Shown piece after piece: positions 57,329 through 64,000 of a DNA stretch of 64,000 bases; position 1 is the first letter of the stretch; the number at the start of each line of letters is the position of its first letter. Below the pieces are notes generated by a model. The model searched no databases, was not told the DNA's origin, and saw only the letters and a program-made list of their open reading frames with translations. Position numbers and translations under genes: made by a program. The stretch is from Candidatus Woesearchaeota archaeon. Its GTDB lineage: Archaea > Nanobdellota > Nanobdellia > SCGC-AAA011-G17 > JACPIM01. The DNA lies in NCBI GenBank assembly GCA_964513145.1, contig CAZELK010000002.1, forward strand, positions 32,001 to 96,000, in the 5' to 3' direction.

Positions 57329-58648
57329 ATGATAGAAATAGCAAGCATAGGCGGTTATAATGAAGTAGGCAAAAACATGACTGCAGTTAAGGTAGATGAT
57401 GAAGTAATAATTTTAGATGTTGGCTTGTATTTGCCTGCAGTTGTTGGTTTCGAAGATGAACAAAATTTTCTTTCAAGTGATGAAATGATAAAAATTGGGG
57501 CAATACCAAATGATACAAGCATAAAAGACTGGTGGTCCAAGATAAAAGGTGTGGTAATTAGTCATTGTCATTTGGATCATTCAGGCGCAGTCCCATATTT
57601 ATGTAATAAATATAATGCCCCGATTATAGGGACGCCATTTACAATAGAAGTTTTAAAAAAAATATTGAGAGACAAGGAAGTCAAAGTACAAAATAAATTA
57701 ATGTCAATACAACTGGGGAAGAAGTTTGATATAACAAAAAATATTCAATGTGAATTAGTCAATGTAACTCACTCGACCCTGGAAACTGCAATCGTAGTTC
57801 TATTCACAAAATATGGTAATATTGCTTATGCAAATGATTTCAAGTTAGATGAAACTCCGACATTGGGCAAAAAAACAAATTATGAGAGTTTAGGCAATTT
57901 AAAAAATACAAAAGTTCTGATAATGGACTCATTGTATTCTGAATCAAAATCAAAAACTCCCTCTGAAAATGTTGCAAAGGAAATGTTAAAAGATATTCTG
58001 TTAAATAAAAACCATAAAGGAAACGCAATTATAGTCACAACATTTTCATCGCATCTAGCCAGATTAAAAAGCATAGCCGAATTTGGGAAAAAAATGAATA
58101 GAAAAGTTGTTTTTTTCGGAAGAAGCCTGAATAAATATGTAGAATCTGGAGAAAATTTAAGTCTGGTAAAATATGATGTTGAATCAGTTTTTTGGCCGAG
58201 AAAAATAGCAAAAAAAATAAGGGAAATTGAAAAAGAGGGTCGTGGAAAATACTTGATAGTTTGCACAGGCAACCAGGGCGAACCAAAATCAGTTTTGTCA
58301 AAATTAGTTAATAAAACATTTAATTTTGAGTTTTTGCCAAATGATGTAGTAATATTTTCATGTCATGTCATACCAACAGAAGTCAGCATAAATAACAGAA
58401 GATTAATAGAAGAAAAATTGGAAAAATATAAAGTAAAAATATATAGGGATATACACCAGTCAGGTCATGGTTCTGGAGAAGACATGAAAACTTTAATAAA
58501 TCTGTTAAAGCCCTCACATATAATACCAACTCATGGGGATCATGATAAACTAATCCACCTAAGCAATATAGCAACAGAAATTGGTTATGTTTATGGAAAA
58601 ACAGTCCATTTGTTAAATGATGGAGAAAGACTAAAAATAGAAAAATGA
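57329..58648 (+). CDS. rnj: Ribonuclease J
   Basis: GGYNEVGKNMT, SHCHLDH, TGNQGEP, HQSGH and PTHG. Confidence 0.95.
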   Translation: MIEIASIGGYNEVGKNMTAVKVDDEVIILDVGLYLPAVVGFEDEQNFLSSDEMIKIGAIPNDTSIKDWWSKIKGVVISHCHLDHSGAVPYLCNKYNAPIIGTPFTIEVLKKILRDKEVKVQNKLMSIQLGKKFDITKNIQCELVNVTHSTLETAIVVLFTKYGNIAYANDFKLDETPTLGKKTNYESLGNLKNTKVLIMDSLYSESKSKTPSENVAKEMLKDILLNKNHKGNAIIVTTFSSHLARLKSIAEFGKKMNRKVVFFGRSLNKYVESGENLSLVKYDVESVFWPRKIAKKIREIEKEGRGKYLIVCTGNQGEPKSVLSKLVNKTFNFEFLPNDVVIFSCHVIPTEVSINNRRLIEEKLEKYKVKIYRDIHQSGHGSGEDMKTLINLLKPSHIIPTHGDHDKLIHLSNIATEIGYVYGKTVHLLNDGERLKIEK

Positions 58649-58959
58649 AAAAACCAGTTAAAGAAGATAAAAAGGAAAAAATAATTGATGTATTAAAAAA
58701 AGTAAATGATCCTGAAATTCATGTTGATGTATGGACTTTGGGATTAATTTATAATATAGAAATAAGTAAGGAAATAGTGGAAATAAGAATGACCTTTACT
58801 TCACCAATGTGCCCTTATGGTCCTTTCTTAGTAGATGATATTAAAAATAAAATAAAGGAAGCAAATAAATGGGTAAAGGAAGTAAAAGTTGAAGTTGTTT
58901 TTCAGCCAGTATGGCAGCCTTCTGACGAATTAAAAGAAATGCTGGGCATTCCAATATAA
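58645..58959 (+). CDS. SufT/DUF59 metal-sulfur cluster biosynthesis protein
   Basis: VNDPEI...LGLIY...MTFTSPMCP...PVW. Confidence 0.92.
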   Translation: MKKPVKEDKKEKIIDVLKKVNDPEIHVDVWTLGLIYNIEISKEIVEIRMTFTSPMCPYGPFLVDDIKNKIKEANKWVKEVKVEVVFQPVWQPSDELKEMLGIPI

Positions 58960-59019
58960 AATATACATTATTTAATAATCATTCTTAAAAACTAGTTCAT
59001 CATTTTTTGTTTGGGGGTG

Positions 59020-59060
59020 TAGAAAAGTTATTTTGATTAAACTTTTCCAAAAAGTTTAGA
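59020..59060 (-). repeat. Hairpin micro-element copy abutting the mre11 start codon, flanked by TAGA direct repeats
   Basis: Plus strand reads TAGA-aaagttattttgattaaacttttccaaaaagtt-TAGA(TG). Confidence 0.85.
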
Positions 59061-60262
59061 TGAAATTTGCGCATCTCTCTGACTGCCATATCGGCGGCTG
59101 GCGTGAGCTGGAATTAAGAAACCTGGGTATAGAAAGTCTCAGAAAAGCAGTCGAAATATGTATTGAAGAAAATGTAGGATTTATTCTAATTGCAGGAGAC
59201 TTATTTGATACTGCCTTGCCACAGACAGAACTAATAAAAGAAGTAGCCTTAATTCTAAAAAAACTAAATGAGCATGATATTGGTGTTTATGCCATACCAG
59301 GAAGTCACGACTTTTCTCCATCTGGAAAAACAATGATGGATGTTCTTGAAAATGCCGGGTTATTGCATAATGTAGTTAAATTTGATGAAAATGGAAAACT
59401 ACAATTTACATTAGACAAAACAAACACAAAAATCACAGGTTTATACGGAAAAAAGTTAGGTTTGGAAAAATTTGATTACGCAAGATTGGATAAATCAAAT
59501 TTAGAGAAAGAAAAAGGCTTCAAGATATTTATGTTTCATACAGCACTGGAAGAATTCAAGCCAGCTGAAATGGAGAAAATGGAATCTTATAGTTATAGAG
59601 ACTTGCCAAAAAATTTCAATTATTATGCCGGGGGCCATGTACATTATATTTTTGATATAAAAAAAGAAAATTACGGTTTGATAACATTTCCAGGCCCGAT
59701 GTTCCCAAATAATTTCAAGGAATTGGAAGAGCTAAGTTGCGGCGGGTTCTATATAATAGATCATGATCTAAATTTAAAACATATAAAAGTAAAATTAAAA
59801 GAAACTTTAAACTTAAAAGTTAATGTAAATAATTTAAGCAGCCAAGAAGCAGAAGAGAAAATAATAAATGAAATAAAGACTAATGATATTAAAGATAAGA
59901 TTATTCTATTAAGGGTATTCGGAACTTTAATAACAGGAAAAGTAACAGACATAAATTTTAGGAAAATTACAGTTTTGGCTAAAGAAGCATTTATACTTCT
60001 GAAAAATACCCATAAATTAACAAGCAAGGAAAATGAAATTTTGGAGAATGAAAACTATAATAGTGTAAAGGAAATTGAAGATTCAATTATAGAAAAAAAT
60101 CTGCCAGAACTTGTTCTAAGCAAAAAAGGAAAAGAAAATGATTTTGCTTTAATAAAAGAAATAATGAAGACACTGGATAAAGAAAAAGATGAGGGCGAAA
60201 AAAATACAGATTTCGAAAAAAGAATTATAAAAGACAGTGAGAAAATTCTAGAACTATGTTAA
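59060..60262 (+). CDS. mre11: DNA double-strand break repair nuclease Mre11
   Basis: SDCHIG, AGDLFD, GSHD and GGHVH. Confidence 0.93.
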   Translation: MKFAHLSDCHIGGWRELELRNLGIESLRKAVEICIEENVGFILIAGDLFDTALPQTELIKEVALILKKLNEHDIGVYAIPGSHDFSPSGKTMMDVLENAGLLHNVVKFDENGKLQFTLDKTNTKITGLYGKKLGLEKFDYARLDKSNLEKEKGFKIFMFHTALEEFKPAEMEKMESYSYRDLPKNFNYYAGGHVHYIFDIKKENYGLITFPGPMFPNNFKELEELSCGGFYIIDHDLNLKHIKVKLKETLNLKVNVNNLSSQEAEEKIINEIKTNDIKDKIILLRVFGTLITGKVTDINFRKITVLAKEAFILLKNTHKLTSKENEILENENYNSVKEIEDSIIEKNLPELVLSKKGKENDFALIKEIMKTLDKEKDEGEKNTDFEKRIIKDSEKILELC

Positions 60263-62307
60263 TAAAAAAAGTCAGATTAAATAATATCCGCAGCTATATT
60301 AATGATGAAATAAATCTGGATAAAGGCATAACATTACTGGCTGGGAATATTGGTTCTGGCAAGTCAACTATTTTATTGGCTATAGATTTTGCTTTATTTG
60401 GATTAAGAAAGGGTTATCTAAGCGGAAGTTCTTTGTTAAGAAATGGAGAGCAAAATGGATATGTAGAGTTAACATTTGAAATTGACAGTAAAGAAATTAC
60501 AATAAGAAGAACACTTAAAAGAACACAAAATTCAATATCCCAGGATTATGGTTATTTAAAAATAAATGAAAATGAAAAAGAATATGCAGCAGTTGAATTA
60601 AAACAATTTATCATAAATACGCTAAACTATCCAAAAGAATATTTAACAAAATCAAAGTATTTTATTTATAATTACACAATTTATACGCCTCAGGAAGATA
60701 TGAAACAAATTCTTCTCGGAGAAAGGGAACACAGATTAGATACAATAAGAAAGGTTTTTGGTATAGACAGATATCAGAGAATAAAAGAAAATTCAAAAAT
60801 AATAAACGATTTTCTCAAATCAAAAAAAAGAGAATTATCATTGATAGCTGACAATTACCATAATCAAGTGGAAGAAAAGATCAAAAAAGAAAATAAGCTA
60901 ACAGAAAATAAGCAAATTGCAGAAGAATGCAGGATTAAACTGGGATATGTCTTAAAGATTGTTTCGGATAAAAACGAAGAGATAAAGGTTGTTGAAGAGA
61001 GCATTAAGGATCTAAACAATGATAAAAAAGAAGCTGAATTAAAAACTTTGGAGATTAATTATAAAAATAACCAGATTAAAAAGAATGATGCTGAAATAAA
61101 CAGACTGGAAAAAGACATTGAGAAATTAATATCCGAAGTAAAAGATGAGATATTAATTGATAATAATATTAAAATAGATAAAGAAAATCAATTCAAAAAA
61201 TTAAATGATGAGCTTAATGATCTTAAATCAAAAGAAAAAGTTATTGCTCTAAAAAAGATTTCATCTTCAGAAGTAAAAAAAAGCATAGAAAAGCTCGATA
61301 TTTGCCCGACATGCCTGCAAAAAGTTTCTGAAGAATATAAAGACAACATAATAAGCAAGGAAAATGAAATAAACTACAATCTAGAAAAAGAGAAAGTTGA
61401 GATAAATAACAAAATAGAGCAGATAAATAAGGAAATTTATGCATTAAAAGGAGAAATTGACTTAATAAATAAGAAAGAAGGTTTTATAGAAATATCAAAA
61501 CTGAAAAAAATAAATTTAGAAGAAAAGATTAAAAAAACTGAAGATTTAAAGACTAATAATAAAAATTTAAACATAGAAATAATAAAATTAAATGAAATAA
61601 TAGTCAAAATACAGCTAAAAATATCGGGGTTCTTGGATATTGAAAAAATTTATAATAGTTTAAAAGAAGAATTAATTAAAAATCAGTCTGAACAAAGAGA
61701 TTTTGAAATAAAGAAAGGAATTATAGAACATGAAATTATTTTAATAAACAAAGACCTGGAAAAAATAAACAAAGAATTAGATTTTATAAAGGAAACAAAA
61801 AAGAAGCTGGAAAAAAATAATTTATTGCAGAATTTTTTTGAAAATAAATTTATAAATATTTTAGAAGCAATAGAGAAAAGAGTTTTAATAAAAATAAAAA
61901 ATGATTTTGATAATTTCTTTCAAAAATGGTTTTATATGCTGGTAGAAAGTGAATCAATAAAAGTTAAATTAGATGAAGAATTCTCGCCGATAATTGAAAT
62001 TGCCGGGCATGAAATTGAATATATTAATTTGTCAGGCGGTGAGAAAACAGCAGCAGCTTTAGCTTATAGGCTAGCCTTAAATCAAATAATAAACACATTC
62101 GTAAGCGAAATAAAAACAAAGGATGTCTTGATTTTAGATGAACCAACAGACGGGTTTTCAGCAGAACAATTGGATAGGTTAAGATTTGTTTTAGAAGAAT
62201 TAAATATCAACCAAATAATCATAGTTAGTCATGAAAGCAAAATAGAGAGTTTTGTTGACAGGATAATTAAATTGCAAAAATATAATCATATAACCCAGAT
62301 TATTTAA
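60256..62307 (+). CDS. rad50: Rad50 ATPase
   Basis: GNIGSGKST, zinc hook CPTC, LSGGE and ILDEPT. Confidence 0.93.
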   Translation: MLIKKVRLNNIRSYINDEINLDKGITLLAGNIGSGKSTILLAIDFALFGLRKGYLSGSSLLRNGEQNGYVELTFEIDSKEITIRRTLKRTQNSISQDYGYLKINENEKEYAAVELKQFIINTLNYPKEYLTKSKYFIYNYTIYTPQEDMKQILLGEREHRLDTIRKVFGIDRYQRIKENSKIINDFLKSKKRELSLIADNYHNQVEEKIKKENKLTENKQIAEECRIKLGYVLKIVSDKNEEIKVVEESIKDLNNDKKEAELKTLEINYKNNQIKKNDAEINRLEKDIEKLISEVKDEILIDNNIKIDKENQFKKLNDELNDLKSKEKVIALKKISSSEVKKSIEKLDICPTCLQKVSEEYKDNIISKENEINYNLEKEKVEINNKIEQINKEIYALKGEIDLINKKEGFIEISKLKKINLEEKIKKTEDLKTNNKNLNIEIIKLNEIIVKIQLKISGFLDIEKIYNSLKEELIKNQSEQRDFEIKKGIIEHEIILINKDLEKINKELDFIKETKKKLEKNNLLQNFFENKFINILEAIEKRVLIKIKNDFDNFFQKWFYMLVESESIKVKLDEEFSPIIEIAGHEIEYINLSGGEKTAAALAYRLALNQIINTFVSEIKTKDVLILDEPTDGFSAEQLDRLRFVLEELNINQIIIVSHESKIESFVDRIIKLQKYNHITQII

Positions 62308-62881
62308 AAAGTTTCATAAAAAAATAAATAATTATGCCAAATAAACCCCCAATTAAATTAAATATCATATCCAAAGAAGAATTTATCCATGCCCCAATTA
62401 ATGGGTCTTGCTTAAAACCTAAATCTCCTGTGCCGCCAAAATAAAAAAGTCCGTCTCCCTGACCAAAAACCAAATACCCGAGATATTCAATTATTTCAAT
62501 TACAGATCCAACACCCAAGGCCGTACATAAAGCCAATAAAATTATTATGGCTTTATTTTTAGACCATCTGGAAAAATAATTTAAGAAAAATAAACTCAGA
62601 GAGAACCCACCAATAAAATGAGTTAAATGATCATATTGAAAATAAACTGGTGAATTATTGTAAAATCCAAAGACACCAAGATTATGAGATAATAAAGATA
62701 AAAATATCAAAGAAAAGATTGCGTTGTTTAAATTAAATTCTTTATAAGACTTGAATAAAAAAATAAGGATGATAACGGAAGCTGATAAATCGAGGACATA
62801 AGGGCTTCTTTTTTGTATAGAATAAATAATTAATAATATAAAAATAATAATAAATCCATGAAATAAATTCTCTTTTTTCAT
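62300..62881 (-). CDS. Multi-pass membrane protein (DUF2238-like)
   Basis: QYDHLTHF...EIIEY...DMIFNLIGG. Confidence 0.75.
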   Translation of the reverse strand: MKKENLFHGFIIIFILLIIYSIQKRSPYVLDLSASVIILIFLFKSYKEFNLNNAIFSLIFLSLLSHNLGVFGFYNNSPVYFQYDHLTHFIGGFSLSLFFLNYFSRWSKNKAIIILLALCTALGVGSVIEIIEYLGYLVFGQGDGLFYFGGTGDLGFKQDPLIGAWINSSLDMIFNLIGGLFGIIIYFFMKLFK

Positions 62882-62900
62882 TTTGGGATTAAAAAATAAA

Positions 62901-63248
62901 ATAGGTGTGTTATAAGCCAGCTTCTGTTGAATTTCCTTTCGGAAAAATTCAGGCTAACATTTTACTAAGCGTCTGTAATAGACTTGCACTAGTCAGGGCT
63001 TGCCGTTTCATCCATTCCTATGGAATGTCTTTGGGTTAACTCATTTCCATTTCAGGAAATTTCGCCATGTTCATCCTACCCATAGGGGGTCTCGTTTCTG
63101 AGCAGTTGCCAACTTTTTCAAGTTCTTTTTTTCAAAAGTGACACTTTCACTTTCAAAAAAAGTTTTTTATAGCTTTTTCAAAAGTTTAAGTGGCTGGACT
63201 TTCCTCAGACAAGTTTAAGGCTTATCCGATAGTTAGCTGCACACCTAT
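62901..63248 (-). ncRNA. rnpB: RNase P RNA (type A-like)
   Basis: Conserved segments GAGGAAAGTCC, CAGAAAC, TGAAACGG and ACAGAAGCTGGCTTA. P1 (ATAGGTGTG/CACACCTAT), P2, P3, P4 and a P19-like hairpin pair by eye. Confidence 0.93.
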
Positions 63249-63451
63249 TTAAAAAAATTAAGGCTGTGATGCCTTTTAAATTTTTCTCTTGGTCTTCTCT
63301 GGTGCATAATCAAAACTTTTTAGTATAAATTTTCCTAAATTAGCAATAAAATCAGACTTTTACTTTAAAGATTTAGGCATTGCAGAATTATGGAAACTCT
63401 ATTTCGCATTAACCCAGAAAATAATTATTTCTTGTGCAAAGCTCAATTAAA

Positions 63452-64000
63452 TCAGGTAATAAATAACTTATATTTGTCTTCTCCTTTTATTTCTATTAGT
63501 ATTCTTTTTACAATTAATTTTCTTGGATCTGGTATTAATTTTACCCTGTTTCTAATATCATCATAACTTTCAAAAGGTTTTTCATTTCTTTTTTCCAGAA
63601 TATCAGCCATATGTTTCTTCCCAATTCCAGGCAATAGCTCTATTTGATGTCTTCTTGTATTTATGGGGTCGGCTTTGTTAAAAAACTCGACAAATTTAGC
63701 TTCATCTTTAGTAACAAGATCAGAAATAATTACTTCCAATTCTGTTTGGGCTGTTTGGGTGAGTTTATCAGCAGGAATTCTGCCTAGAATATGATGTATT
63801 TTATCCCTTTTTCCTTCACCCATATAAACTTCTTCATATGGCTGTAAAAAAACATCTCTTTTAGGAACTAATTCTAGAATTATAAAGTGTTCTTTACCAA
63901 GAGCTTGAGCTATAGGAGTCTTTCTGTGCATTGGTCTTGTGTCGAACGGGTATCCATTCGGAAGAAAATCCAATATTATTGCTTTTTCTTCTTTTACATC
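63452..64000 (-). CDS. DUF655 family putative RNA-binding protein (5' end outside the window)
   Basis: LDFLPNG, QALG, LELVPK and HQIELLPGIGKK; frame open to 64000. Confidence 0.9.
   Translation of the reverse strand, partial: DVKEEKAIILDFLPNGYPFDTRPMHRKTPIAQALGKEHFIILELVPKRDVFLQPYEEVYMGEGKRDKIHHILGRIPADKLTQTAQTELEVIISDLVTKDEAKFVEFFNKADPINTRRHQIELLPGIGKKHMADILEKRNEKPFESYDDIRNRVKLIPDPRKLIVKRILIEIKGEDKYKLFIT

Noticed and set aside
73-61444. Many antisense or overlapping ORFs in the track (e.g. 73-294, 1719-1997, 9605-10111, 13608-13970, 16150-16938, 17621-17974, 51940-53511, 57355-58574)
   Set aside because: They are shadows of well-supported genes on the opposite strand and have no motifs.
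2325-63190. CRISPR interpretation of the recurring palindrome
   Set aside because: Copies are dispersed, variable in sequence and not separated by regular unique spacers; there are no cas genes in the window.
63250-63450. Possible small ORF between rnpB and the DUF655 gene
   Set aside because: Every frame is interrupted within about 30 codons, with no start or SD support.

Overview
This is a strongly AT-rich chromosomal segment from an archaeon, most likely DPANN (Woesearchaeota/Pacearchaeota-like; inferred from gene content, not from a phylogeny). It is dominated by information-processing genes: topA, top6AB, mcm, tbp, aIF1A, aIF2-beta, aIF5B, aRF1, cysS, valS, PCNA, TFS, rpoL, rpoN, aCPSF1, RNase J, CCA-adding enzyme, mre11-rad50 and r-proteins. 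These are interspersed with five toxin-antitoxin-like pairs, many SAM-dependent enzymes and several micro-ORFs missed by the ORF track. The four tRNA genes (Ile-GAT, Phe-GAA, Gly-GCC, Val-TAC) carry six introns with bulge-helix-bulge (BHB) junctions, five of them at non-canonical positions. An RNase P RNA gene is also present. The most striking unexplained structure is a dispersed ~35-50 nt hairpin micro-element (consensus AAACTTTT-N(1-4)-AAAAGTTT-AATCAAAA..., with an AAGCTT variant). It forms five of the six tRNA introns and also occurs in the RNase P RNA, in a tRNA trailer, and at stop/start-codon junctions of protein genes, twice flanked by TAGA direct repeats. Other highlights are an intein inserted directly after the catalytic GGQ of aRF1, an ArmA/Rmt-like 16S rRNA methyltransferase inside a translation operon, and two paralogous acidic micro-proteins.
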